64,000 nucleotides of DNA. Origin: Azolla caroliniana. Taxonomy: Eukaryota; Plantae; Polypodiophyta. Numbering within the stretch: position 1 is the first letter of the stretch; the number at the start of each line of letters is the position of its first letter. Below are positions 12,138 through 24,936 of the stretch, in pieces. The stretch spans positions 22,320,001-22,384,000 of the forward strand of contig JBHGNT010000009.1 of assembly GCA_043228905.1 (NCBI GenBank), in the 5' to 3' direction. The translations under genes were made by a program, and so were the position numbers. A model generated the notes under the pieces. That model was not told the origin of the DNA. It made no database searches and saw nothing but the letters and a program-made list of their open reading frames with translations.

Positions 12138-14292
12138 AGGCCGACTCGTCATTTGCTTGGATTGGTCTCGACCGATTTCGTCTTTGGTTTCGTCTTTGGC
12201 CACCATGGTTTCGTCTTTGGCCGCCTCGCCAACCTCATCCTCCCTTTCGCACACACTAGCCTCGGGCCATGTCCTCTCGCCGCCACCTTCCTTCTCTATG
12301 GTCTTATGTTGGCACACCAGCCGAACTGACGAAGTCTACGGACTCAGTGTGGAGGGACCGCTCTATCCAAACTTCACCACATCGTCAATTCCCGGTCTTC
12401 CGCCGTCACCTTCCTTCTCTTCTGTCTTACGTTACCACGTCGTCCGAACAGTCGAAATCTCCGGAACAACTATGAAGAGACACCGAGGATCGCCCTTGGA
12501 TTCTCTGCCTCCTTTTGTACTTCTCTTGGGCTAAATCGCCTCACTGCCACCTTCCTTCTCTTTGATCTCACGTTGCCACGTCAGCTGAATTGCCGAAGTC
12601 TCCGGAAACGGTGTGGAAGGATCTCTTCATCCGACCTCTAACTCGTTGTCCTCCTCCTGGACATTCCAGCCGCCACCCTCCTTCTCTCCGGTCTCACATC
12701 GGCTCTGGGGCCCAACTGCCGAAGTCTCCGAATCCGGTGTGGTGAACGATATCATAACTTCACCCTCCATTGACTCGTCCATAGCCGCCGACTCCTCGAT
12801 GGTGTTGTCGGTAGCTATCACTTCTTTGATCACGCAAGCCCCACCTGGGCTTGCTTCTCAAATGTCCGGAGTTTCGGGCAGCCGCGCCCGAAACTGTCGA
12901 TCTCCTTTTGAACCCGCGATCGTCTTCGCTCCAAATCCGACCTTATCCTCGGTCGGACTTTCTCCGCAAGTCAAGAGGGCATCTTTCTCTGCACCCTCTC
13001 CCATGGTACCTTCGTATCGTCATCCGGCCTCCGCATAGGCCACGTCCGTCTCGTCCGGAAGGCCGACTAGCTCTGAACCACCGGAATCCGACCGCGTGCC
13101 GGATCTCTCTTCTTCCTTGATCATCACCTTTAGAGCCTCGTACGCTTCCCAACCTAGGGCCTTGACATAGAGCTATCTTCGGCATTATACCTGTTCGAAT
13201 TCTGACCAGTCCCCGGTAAGGCCATTCGCTCTGTCGTCGTCTTCAAGCTCTATTTTGATGGTCTCCCATTCCGCTTGGTCGATCAACCTAAGTAATAGCA
13301 GGACTGGGTCCACCCCACCAGTCTTTGTTCTCGCTTCGGGAGCTGAGTGAAGCGCCGCCTGAACTCTAGGAATGCCTTCGTTGCACCCTGATGGGTCTTT
13401 GTCGATGTTACCCACTGGTTGAAGTCGTGTTGTCCCCAGCTTTTTGGCTGTCCTCCGTATGCTTGCAGGAACTCCTCTTCGTAGGCCTCCCACGGACTAT
13501 GAGCTTCTCTGAGCTCCTTTACTTCCACATGTATCCGGCCTGTTGCGACCCAACAGAAGAACTCCAACCTCAAAGCCTTGTCTATACCTCGCGCCTCCAT
13601 TTCCACGTTGTAGACTTCCAAGTAGAATGGGACTTTGTCCCCGTTGAAACGGATGACTCTTTCAACCACAAACCTGATTGCTTGTTGCGCTGCTTCTTGT
13701 CTCATAGTCACTCGTCCGAACTCCATCACCACTTCCACCACCATCTCTGTGAAGTCTTCTTCTTCCAACTCCATCCTCGCTTGCCTCCCTTTTATGTCGG
13801 GTTCACCAATGACATCGCGGAAATCCGCGAGGGTATGTCAAAACGAGGTGGGACCATGGCGGTCATGGACCAAGGAGTCGGTGTGAGTAGGAAGGTTCTC
13901 TGAAACGGTGTCCAGTCGCGTATCCGGTCCGGATCGGTCCCCGAATGCCAGATAGCGAGCGCACAGGTCAAGGGGGATGTGTGTTATCGTTGACCAGTCG
14001 TTGGATAACATCAAGGAGCACACGGCTCAGGAATCAGGCAAATGCAAGTGACAGACAAATGCAAGATAGAGATGCGTACTCAACACAAAGATAGCAATCG
14101 GATAAAATGAAGACAAAATAGATTAAACAAGATCTAAAGAATACAACCGAACTCCGCCGGTGTCAAAGCCTCGTGCCCTCAAGACATGCACACACACAGA
14201 AAACACGGAATGATGAACCTCCAGTTGGGGGCTCACTGGCTTCCTGCATGGGCAGAGGCTTCACCTTCTTCCACGAATCAGTGCAGAGCATG

Positions 14293-14338
<46 letters not shown>

Positions 14339-14688
14339 AGAGAGAGAGAGAGAGAGAGAGAGCTCGACACTCAAACTGACAACACTATGTCCTCCAAATC
14401 ATGAATGCCTAAAACAAGCTCAAGCCTCCCCTTTTATAGCACAAGGGGATACCATTACATCGTGATTAGTGTCAGAGATCCCCCCCGATTTCTTCACATC
14501 AAATCCTCGTATCTTCTCTATTCGCGCTAGTCTTTAAAGCACCCATTAAACACTACTCCCTAATAGTCACTAGTCCTATGCTATTTACATATATTTGTAC
14601 ATAACACTTAATTCGTGTGCATTTGTGCACACACATGTTCACGTGCATCCGACTTGATTTCTTCCTATGCGTGAAATCCTTCACGACA
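12138..14688 (-). mobile_element. Gypsy G1: 5' LTR (13810-14688), tRNA-Trp PBS, gag; 3' part missing
   Basis: LTR TGTCGTGAAG...TGTCA, PBS TGGTGAACCCGACATA (13808-13793), gag-like ORF 13283-13774 (RFNGDKVPFYLE..WE....FL). Confidence 0.8.
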
Positions 14689-16817
14689 CCAGTTCATAGT
14701 CTTGTACTTGGTGTCGACTCGGGTGGTCCAATCCGACCAGACCATTCTTCCAAAGTCCATGATGACTTCGTACATTTCGACCGAGCTGACTAGAATCATC
14801 CGGTCTTCACTTAGATCCTCTCCGACTACCTTCTCGATCTCCCTTAGAGTATCGTCGAACGAGACCGCCTCCACGGCGCCACTGATTTCTTCATCGGGGC
14901 CCAAGGCCCTGCATGCCTTCAAGCCCTTTTCGATTCGTCTTTTCTCCTCGCTAATGACGTTGATTATTGTACAGCCTCCGTTTTAGCAGAGCCAAAATTT
15001 CCTATCTATCGTGGCCCCACGCCTTGATAGCCCTCTTCAAAACTCCTCTCGGTTGTCGTTGCCGAGAGTGTCACGATTCCCCTTGTGGTTGGGCCAAACC
15101 GTCAAGAATTAGACAGAGTGTCGGCCATCCTGGCTCTTTACCCTCGTGTAGGCTGAACCGTTGTCCAGCACTTTGGTCTCCATTCGAGCCATTGTAATAT
15201 AAGGTTCACCCTAGATGACCGGATGCGAGGAGGAATCTTGCACAAACAAGTGTTGGTTGATCTCGACGTCGCCAACCTTCACCCGGACATTCGGGCACGC
15301 TCTGTGTAGCTCCTACATGATTCGGGTCGTCGCGTGTATCTTCCACTCGTGCTTGGTATTAATCAGTCATTTGGCCTTCTTATAGAAGTCCATTGACATC
15401 AGGTTTATTTGCAATCCCTAGTCGATCAACGCCATCACTGGCTCCTACACATCACCGATCCGGACCGGTGTTTCCGTCGTAGCTCTCACCCAATGGGGCT
15501 TCGAGAAGTGACTAGCCGGAAACTCACCTTCCATCGCAACCTCCTCGATATGGGCAGCCTTCACTTCGACCAACCTCTCATTCTCCAACTCTGACAAGAG
15601 TCGCTTTATCTTCACGAGGTTGATGATAAAATCGTGGAACTCTTTCTTCGTTATCCCTAGCACCTCCCTTAATGTAAGTTCCACCCGGTTGTCATGAGCC
15701 TCACGGAGCTCCTTTACTTCCGCATACATCCGGACAGCTACGACCCGGCAGAAGAACTCCAGCCTCAACGCCTCGTCTACGCCACGCTCCTCCATTTCCG
15801 CGTTGTAGGCTTCCAAGTAAGGTGGGACTTTGTCCCCGTTGAAACGGCCGACTCTTTCGACCACTCGCTCAACCGCTTGTTGCGCTGCTTCTCGCCTCAT
15901 CACCACTCGTGCCGACTCCAACATCACTTCGGCCACCATCTCCGCAAGGTCGTCGTCTCCCGACTCCATCCTCCCTTGCCGCCTTTCACGTCGGGTTCAC
16001 CAAATATGTCGCGTTATTACGCGCGTGCGTGGAGAAAGGTGGGACCACGAGGGTCTTGGACTAGGGAGCGATGGAGCGTAGGAAGTCGTGCCTCGCTGTC
16101 TCCGGGGCATCCCATAAGCACACCAGAAGCAACCGAAGGGGGAGAGAGAGAGAGAGAGAGAGATTAACACCGACTCGCACACACACACACACACGCACAC
16201 ACACGCAGCCCGACCCGACTCACGCCCTTATGTACAGAAAACGCAGGAAAAAAAGGGGAAGCACTCGACACCACCAAAGACGCGAATATACACAGACGGA
16301 CACAAACGTATATGTATGTATATATATAAAGAAGAATACATTCCCGGCTTCGAGCCGGACTGAGGTAGGTTACAGTAGTCGTCTGCTGTCAAGCCGCCGT
16401 CGGGGAGCTCTCAACGTAGAGCGACACATATGGGATGCCGCTTAGGAGTTACGTGTGATAGAACAAGAAATGAATCTTGCACAGGAGGCCGAACCAAAGC
16501 AAACCCTAAGCAAACACGCAGAAGGAGAAGAAGAAGAACCTAACTCTAAACCTAACGGTATACCCTCTAATGCAAAATGGGCAGCCCTTACACAAAGGGC
16601 GTTCCCTTCCTTTTATAGAACAAGGAAAGGGATGCGTTAAAATGTGGGACAATCCCGACTTACATGGGATCGTCTGTCCCGACTTGACTACTCTTCGGCG
16701 CCATAAAGGCGCCCTCGATATTCACACTAAATGTACATGGGTGCGTGCACACGCTGCACCCCGCCGACGTAGCCAATGTTTCTCGGTTTCCGCCTCTGGC
16801 CGAAATTCTTCACGACA
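14689..16817 (-). mobile_element. Gypsy G2: 5' LTR (16007-16817), tRNA-Trp PBS, gag-protease; cut by G1
   Basis: LTR TGTCGTGAAG...CGCGACA, PBS TGGTGAACCCGACGTGA (16002-15986). Gag ORF 15445-15969 is homologous to G1 gag. Retropepsin-like EPVMALID..INLMS near 15390-15445; pre-RT VDTKYK at ~14700. Confidence 0.8.
15986..16002 (-). promoter_or_regulatory. Primer-binding site complementary to the tRNA-Trp 3' end
   Basis: Plus strand TCACGTCGGGTTCACCA matches the 3' end of plant cytosolic tRNA-Trp as I recall it; 4 nt from the LTR CA. Confidence 0.8.
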
Positions 16818-18807
16818 ACGTTGCCGCGCCGGCTGAACTGCTGAAGTCTCTGGTCAAGATGTGGGTCTACCGACTTCATAAGGACTCACGACGGCTTGTC
16901 CCAGGCCACCGACCCTTTTAATGGTGTCAGCGGATAGCATCCACTCTATGATCGATCAAGTCCCGCCTAGGCTTGATTCTCCAATGTCTGGAGTTTCGGC
17001 TCCGATGTTGATCCTTCCGAACTCGTTTCGTACCCTTGATCATCTTCTTCCCGATTCCCGACCTTCGCTTGACCGGTCTTTCTCCCCATGTAAAAAAGGG
17101 CGGCTCGTCCCACGCCCTCTCTCGTACCGGCACCTTCGTGCCCCACTTGACCTCCAACTTGACCACATCCGTCTCGTCCGCGCACCCCCTTCCCGTTGTG
17201 ATGTCGTGTCGTCGCACGCCACCTTCGTTTCGCTTCTGGGTGACCACGCTCTGAGAGCTTCTCGGAGCTCCTCCTCTTTATGCTAGACGGTCAGGCCTTC
17301 AGTGAAACTCGTGGAACTCCGTCACCGTTGTAACGGTCAACTTCTTCGACCTCGTCCATCTCGATGCGTCGCTTCTCAATTCTCCTTCTCAAAGTCTTCG
17401 GCCTCGAACTCCATCCTCCCTTGCCGCCCTTCACGTCAAGTTCACCAAAGATGTCGCGGCAATCCGCGCTTGCATGTCGGATCCGGGCAGGACCACCAAG
17501 ATCATGGACCAGGAGGGGAAGAGTTGCTGGGGACCCAAATCCTCTAGGCTTTGCCGCGTTGCCAGCCAGTTCGATCCTAGATATTCTTCGAACGCGACCA
17601 GTAACCGCACAGGAAGCGAGAGGGCGCGCCCTCGTCCTTGCCGCCCCTTTCGCCAGTATGTACAAGGGGCCCAAAAGAGGCACTGGACACGGCCCGGTTA
17701 ACCGCGCCTACACACACACATATACACACCCGGTTACAGCTGACACCTCTACACCGGCGACCACACACGCACCCGCTCCCGGACCCCACGCTAACCGAAG
17801 ACACACACACACACCTACACACGCAACGCTCGCTGCGACGCCAGTTCCACACGGAGAGGAAGAGGGAGCTTGCATCCTAAGGCCGGTCGGGGAGCTCCCA
17901 AGATCGTCGCGTGACAGGACCCTCGTGCCTCTTCCAGAACGACCGCCTCCTGTGCCAAGACGCCTTCAGGGAGAGCACGAGCTCGCTAAACCAAGTCGGG
18001 TCTTGCGCACTGAGGAGGGAAACTTGCCAACAAACCACCTAGCGCGCGGGCTCTTCACAGGCGACAGAAGCCAACGCCCACACACACACACGGGCCGGAC
18101 CATGGAGTACTGAGAACCAACTAGCAGGAACACAAGAAAGCACAGACAGTCCACACACCGCTTGCCACAACCGAACACACCACCTAAGCATGTACACAAA
18201 AGACACTTGTAAAGATAATTTTAAATTTTAGGGTCTTGATTTTTATTTCTTGAGTGGTGAGTATTAGATCCCTCGAAGATATTGTCAATGTCAGTATCTA
18301 GTACAAAGATGAAGATAGTGCTCACGTAAATGGTAGAATAAGCTTACTATAAAACCATCCAACAATCACACAAAGTACAGAGTTGAAGATAGTGCTCACG
18401 TAAGTGGTAGAATAAGCTTAATATAAAACCGTCCAACAGACAGAAAACAGAGACAACGCACCCACACCAAGATGAAGAGAAGACAAAAATAGACGTTATA
18501 CGCAGAAGTTTATTAACACTAAACGGAACCTCAAAACGAGGAACAAAACTATTTGGGACCCAACGGGTGGGAACCCTTGTACAAGAAGCACGCCCTCTCT
18601 TTTATAGGACAAGGTGAGGGTCAAGTGACTATGTGGGATAAATCCCGTGATACATGGGATCGTCCGTCCCAACTTTATTGCCGCTCGGCATCATAAAGGC
18701 GTCCCCAGTTCCCTATACAAGTTTTACAAGAGTGGGTGCACATGGCCACCATGCTGATTCCTCCAATATTCCCCGGTTTCTCACTATGGCCCGGAATCTT
18801 CACAACA
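16818..18807 (-). mobile_element. Gypsy G3: 5' LTR (17452-18807), tRNA-Trp PBS, degenerate gag; cut by G2
   Basis: LTR start TGTTGTGAAG at 18807 is homologous to the G2 LTR start. PBS TGGTGAACTTGACGTGA (17447-17431). 16820-17280 resembles 12560-13150. Confidence 0.72.
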
Positions 18808-21800
18808 ACGGTCGAAGTCGAAAACGGGTCGATCAAACGAGTACTGCACACACTATAGGAAAGTTGGCCACAATGTTTCCAAGTGTTGGTCAATAAAGAG
18901 AAAGAAAATAGAGTGATCGGCGATCCAAGCGGAATCGGGGACGTTTCAACTCGGACCACTCTCCAATCGGTAACCAGATCAACATTGCCGACACCAAATC
19001 TGGAGAAATTCTCTCCCTAGAGGATTCAATGATTGGAGTAGTCCTCTACAGTGCACAAGTTGCACACTCATGGCTACTAGACTCTGATGCCACATTTCAC
19101 GTGACCCCCAACATTGAATGGTTCTCGAACTATTCAGCTGACGCCAGCGGCACAGTCCGACTAGGAAACGGACAAGAGTGCAAGATAGCCAGAACCGGGG
19201 AGGTTCCCATCAAATTGCCAAATGGCAACACAATAACCATGCACCAAGTTGGGCACGTACCCGATCTAAAGAGGAGTCTGGTCTCCATCGGCATGTTAGC
19301 TGAAGACGGGTACAGAACCACTCTACACAAGTCGACATGGGTGTCGGTAGAGGGTACAAGTATAATAATCTATACCCATTGATGGCGATCAACCCTAAAG
19401 GGGCAGTGAACGTAGCCAAAAAGACCGACCCAAACCTATGGCATGGTCGACTAGGCCATATGTCACAAGCCGGACTTGATTGACTGATGTCGGTCGGCTA
19501 CATCCCGAAACTCCAAGCAAAACCGGACTTCTGCGAGCATTGTCGATATGGGAAACAGACCCGAAGTCCGCACTCTCTCCACTACGAGATGGTATGACAG
19601 CCCCTAGAGCTCGTGCACACAGACATATGTGGGCCCATGCCAGAGCGATCACTAGGAGGGTCCCGATACTTCATCACATTCGTAGATGATTGTACACGGA
19701 AATTTTGGGCATACTCCATCAAGTGCAAAGACGAAGCGCTCGAGCTCTTCACTTGATGGATATCTGAAGTGGAGAACCGGTCAGGATACAGAGTGAAGAC
19801 ACTCCGATCCGACAATGGAGGTGAGTACACCTCCAAAGCCTTCAAACAGTACCTGTCCAAAAAAGGGATCCGACACCAAAAGACCATTCCCTACACACCC
19901 ATGCAAAATAGAGTGGCAGAACGGATCAACAAGACGATCTAGGAGAGGGTGACGGCAATGCTCCAGCAAGCCGGACTGAAGCTGGAATTATGGGCCGAGG
20001 CATTGCAAACGGTAGTGAACCTGATAAATCTAGCGTCGTCAAAAGCAATCAGTCTCGAAGTGCCACAGGCACTATGGTCAGGCAAACAGTCGACCTACGA
20101 TAGGCTTCGTATATTCGGATGCGAAGCCTACGCGTTCATCCCCAGGGACAAAAGGACGAAGTTGGCACCCCATGCAACAAAGTGCATATTTCTTGGTTAT
20201 GGAACCGATGGGGACTTTGGCTACCGGCTATGGGACCTTGAGTACCGAAAATTGATCCGGAGCAACGATGTAGTCTTCAATGAAGACTCTATCTTCTCTC
20301 AGCGGAACCAACAGAAAACAATTGGTAAGAAGGTATCATTCAAAGATGACAGCACTGTCGTAGAAGGACCAACCCACCGGGCTGAATCGGAGACTCGACA
20401 AATAGTCGAACTCCAACAAGCTGCCAACTTCCCTACCGACACTAAATCGGCAACAAGTCCTATCGTCGAACTCAAAGACAAAGTCATCAAAGACACAGCC
20501 AAATTGACAAGGATCGATAAAGGCAAAGTCACCAAGAGACAAGTCAGAAAAGAGTCAACAAATACCACAGGGGAGGACAACCAGACATCGTTGAAATCCC
20601 AATCTGGGGGCGGGACACCTAACAAGACTCCTGATACAGATGGTTCAACTAATGTCGATCGACCAACAGAGCTGATTGAAGGATCCAAACCAAACATCTT
20701 GGCACACAGGAGATTTGGACGAGCTCGAAGTCAAGCAGTGTTCTACCAATCGAGCCTCGACTACGTCAACTACACAGATGTAGGCGAACCAAGCACTTAT
20801 GAAGAAGCTATAGCCGCATCGGCTGCCGAAACATGGCTACAAGCCATGCAATCCGAAATGGACTCGATTCATCATAATCAGACATGGGAGCTGGTCGAAC
20901 TACCAGCTAGAAGGAAGCCGCTACCTTGCAAATGGGTTTTCCGATACAAGTATGTATCCGACGCAGAGAAACCCAAGTACAAAGCTCGGCTTGTCGCGAA
21001 AGGATTCAAACAAGAATACAGGGTCGACTACGACAAGATATTCTCACCAGTAGTCAAGATGACCACCCTCCGACTCTTACTAGGAGTCGCGGCGGCAGAA
21101 CATCTAGAGCTGAAGCAGATGGATGTAAAGACGACATTCCTACACAGAGATCTGGAAGAAGACATATACATGTCTCAACCAGCAGGCCTCACGGCGACGG
21201 GGGAGGAAAGTCACCTCGTATGTCGACTAAAGAAAAGTCTATATGGCCTAAAACAAGTGCCGAGAATGTGATACCAGAAGTTTGACTCCTACATACGGTA
21301 GCTTGGATACAACAGAACAAACTCTGACCCATGCATATATGTTCGACAACTGACCGACAAGTCAAGGATCTATTTGATCCTATACGTCGACGATATGTTG
21401 ATTGCAGGAAGCAATCAAGCAAAGATCAGTAAGTTGAAGCGGAGCCTTCACGCAAAGTTCGCGATGAAGGAACTCGGGCATGAGGATAGAGCGAAATCAG
21501 ACGACCAAAACTCTCCGACTCTCACAGTCTGAATACATCCGCAAGGTGCTGAAGCGCATCAACATGGAGAATGTGAAGCCATCACTGACACCACTTCCGA
21601 CGTCGATTGGACTATCGGACAGAGACTCTCCTTTGACGGACAAGGAGAGAGAGCTTAATGGAAAGATACCCTACGCATCGGCAGTAGGAAGTATCATGTA
21701 CGCAATGGTGGCGACCCGACCCGACCTAGCCTATGTCGTAGGGGTGGTCAACCGGTACATGTCAAACCCAGGAAAGAAGCATTGGGAGGCCGTCAAGCAC

Positions 21801-22814
21801 ATCCTTAGGTATCTGAAAGGAACCTTGGATGCACAACTGATTTTCGGACTGACAACCTCAGCCGAAGTTGAAGGCTACACCGATTCCGACTATGCTGGAA
21901 ATACAAATAATCGGAAATCGACATCAGACTACATCTTCACCTATGGTGGCGATGCAATATCATGGAGGTCGAAACTTCAAGAGTGCACGGCTCTGTCTAC
22001 CACAGAAGCTGAGTACATAGCAGCGAAGGAAGCCAACTTCGAAACTGCAAGCCAAAACGATTGACCAACGTTGACCATTTATTGCAACTCACAGAGTGCA
22101 ATACACCTCATCAACAATCCCATCTATCATGCTAAGACGAACCACATTGAGGTGCGGTATCATCACATCCGGGAGCTCGTAAACGAAAAGAAACTCGAAG
22201 TCCAGAAGATCGACATCAAGGTGAACATCGTCGATTGCCTGACGAAGCCACTCCCAAATCTATGCTTCGGAGCACTAAGGACGAAAATGGGGCTACGAAA
22301 AGCAACCGAGCAGAAGAAAGCCGAACGAGGAGCAAAAGGTAAGATTTGATCGGAACAATAACGACACATCCTATACATCTGCCAACTCGGCTTCATGCCG
22401 ACCGACTTGTAACATATAAACTTAGATCAATTTTGTAAACTAGGCTTACGGGGGGAGATAACCCCAAATACTTGTACACGCAAGAAAGAGTAGTCCTTTT
22501 ACAGGGGAGTTTGTTGGCATAAAAGGCCGACTCCTTCCAAGTTGTATCTATTCGAGTGTGAACTCGTCAATAAGTTTGGGCTTAGTATATAAGCGAATAC
22601 CTAACATTGTATAGAGTGACGAGTGACAGAGAAACGAAGCGTCTGTGCATTGTATCTCAGAGAGAGAGAGTGAGAACGAAGCAATAAAGCTTTCCATTAG
22701 AGCTTGAACTGTGTAAGTGCACGCCTATTCTATTTGTTTTCTATCTGCGTTGTTTGTTGTTCATGACCAACACAAATCCATACACGTTTCCGCAAATCAC
22801 ATCCACATCCAACA
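18808..22814 (+). mobile_element. Ty1/Copia copy C2 (protease-integrase-RT-RNase H-3' LTR), 5' end absent, pseudogenised
   Basis: Protease WLLDSDATFH (19029-19382), LWHGRLGH, integrase, RT ORF 19949-21271 (KARLVAKGF, QMDVKTTFL), YVDDMLI near 21383, RNase H GYTDSDYAG, PPT and LTR 22512-22814. Colinear with C1. Confidence 0.92.
22512..22814 (+). repeat. 3' LTR of Copia C2
   Basis: TGTTGGCA...TCCAACA after PPT AGGGGAG; homologous to 11828-12137. Confidence 0.85.
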
Positions 22815-23350
22815 TCATCATCCCCTCTTAATATATTATAATAGCTTTCATGAATTGCACTATATGCAGAGCATGTAAAAAGCAAGTGATACTCATCCTC
22901 TACTAGCCCTCCTTGCATACCTTACATGCCTTTATATTTGACTGATTTTGATTCCATAATGCAACTTCAATGCCTAGGTTGTGTGATTGAGTGTGAAAGA
23001 GTGTTAGGGCTCTATGAGAGCTAATACTCATGTTAGTAATAAGGTAAGGTTGAATATAATCAATACGCCTTCTTGCCTTATATTGAACCCAACATTTAGG
23101 ATTGATGTTTGCAATGTAATATTCTAATTTTGTCCTTTTAGCATATTTCCACTTCTTCCTTAAAGAATAAGCAAAAAGGAATTTATTATATGTTTGGAAA
23201 AAAAGAGGAATTTATTATAGATAAAATTGTGTTACAAGATCATTCCAAAGTCTAGCATTGAATAGGAATTGTTAGTCAACATTGAGATGTTCTCTATATA
23301 TAGTACTCCTCAAGTTTTACACCAAGCTTGCCACTAGCCTATCAGGTCTA
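22815..23350 (-). mobile_element. Non-LTR retrotransposon (LINE) ORF2 C-terminal remnant
   Basis: Minus-strand translation across a frameshift: KLEYYIAN...QPYL...QSHNLGIEVA...ACKVCMQGGLVEDEYHLLFTCSAYSAI. This is the SHxLxIE / CxxC..EDExH...C zinc-knuckle tail of LINE ORF2. Left end cut by Copia C2; right end approximate. Confidence 0.7.
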
Positions 23351-23720
23351 ACTATCACATAATGTGCCACAATAACTATAACATGAATTGTCACAATAAT
23401 GTGGGCATACATAGTATTAAATATAAGATGTTAAATCATTATCTATGATAGATACTATAATGGTTCTTAAGTCAAAAATGCACATTGAGGAGACCATGGG
23501 TGCATGCTCCCCGAAACCTATGATACTTTATATCCTTATGACAATATGGTAAGCTAGAAAGTTTTCAATTTGAGTAGGAAAATGTGGAATTATAAGGGTG
23601 TGTCATCACCTTTAAAGAGATATCTAGGGATACGGAAAAAGTCTAAATTGATCTACCTTATTCTTTATGTTGAGTGATCCCTACGGTTTTCCCATTTTTA
23701 TCTAAATTTTATTAAGTATT

Positions 23721-24043
23721 CAAAAATTGATTTGCTCATCATATATCTTGCCCAACCACATCTATGCAGGGATCAACCATATGATTTACATAACGTACAA
23801 ATTTTAATTGGGCAACTCTAGGTTTGTGATATGCGGCCTAAAGGTATATGTCACATATCTCTCTCAATGATGATGAATTTGATTGCGTATCCAAAAATTG
23901 TTTTGTTCGTCATACATCTCAATCAACCACATCTACACGGGGGATCAAACACACATTTTTTTTAAAAGCATAATTTTATAGCCGGGAAACTTTAGGTTTG
24001 TCATAATGTAGCCTATAGGTAAATGCGCACATATCTCTCTCAA
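23721..24043. repeat. Degenerate ~170-bp tandem duplication
   Basis: AAAAATTG..CAACCACATCTA..GGGATCAA..TAGGTTTGT..CACATATCTCTCTCAA occurs twice. Confidence 0.7.
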
Positions 24044-24780
24044 AGATCGAAGTTTTGAAGAAACCTCTTGTGGTCATGGTAGAATCTTGTGATCATACCA
24101 AGCTCCAAATGTTAGAGTGAGCGAAGTTTTATGCCCATTGGTTCAATGATAAAGACATTATGGGACCACCCTTGACATGCGTCGATTCGATCATTGTGGT
24201 GTATGAAGGCAGTATGGAGGATGAATTGGTCCATCATTGTCTAACAATGGGGGAGGTTTTAGTTTTGTAGTGGATATTTGAAACACTAATCTATAATCTC
24301 TCAAGCTATAGGTCAAGGCTGGTTCATTGCATGTGATCCATAAATCCTTCCCCATTTCGAATTCATGTTAATGACCTTTTGTGAGCCTACATATATATAT
24401 ATATATATATATATAGATATTATGTTAGAGCAATGGTGGTCCAAACTCATAGGTAAATGAAATGAGATAATGGAGGAATGGTAGATGCCCAATTACTAAG
24501 AACTTTAGGGTTCATATGCCCTAACTTTAGGCTTTGTCATTACGATGTTTTGTCACTCTTTCGATGGGTTTTCATCCAAGGAGCCAAGATCTATCCTTAT
24601 CATCATATAAGGATGTTTTTACTACCTTCTAGGTATTAGGGTATGTGGAACGATCAAGAAATGGGTTCTTGTTTTTGTCCCCATGGAGAGTGTTCAACAC
24701 CTCATGTTTGTAGAGGTTAAAAGAGATAAAACAATCTAGCAATTTTCACAACTAAACTATATCAGGGCACCATCCTTACA

Positions 24781-24936
24781 GGATTTGCCTTTACATGACT
24801 AATTAGTGAGGATTTGCAATTACATGACTAATTAGTGAGGAATTGCCATTCACATGACTAATTAGTGAGGAATTGCCATTTACATGACTAATTAGTGAGG
24901 ATTTGCCTTAGCATGACTAATTAGTATTTAATTAGT
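24781..24936. repeat. 5 x 29-30-bp minisatellite, each unit with palindrome ACTAATTAGT
   Basis: Unit GGATTTGCCTTTACATGACTAATTAGTGA and variants read directly. Confidence 0.92.

Noticed and set aside
15986-16002. tRNA-Trp gene
   Set aside because: Only the 3' 17 nt including CCA are present, next to an LTR. It is a PBS, not a tRNA gene.
17364-18113. 249-aa plus-strand ORF and similar ORFs at 12031-13903
   Set aside because: Antisense to GC-rich Gypsy LTR/gag sequence, with no recognisable domain.
24781-24936. CRISPR-like array of ~30-bp palindromic repeats
   Set aside because: Units are contiguous with no unique spacers, there are no cas genes, and the context is eukaryotic.
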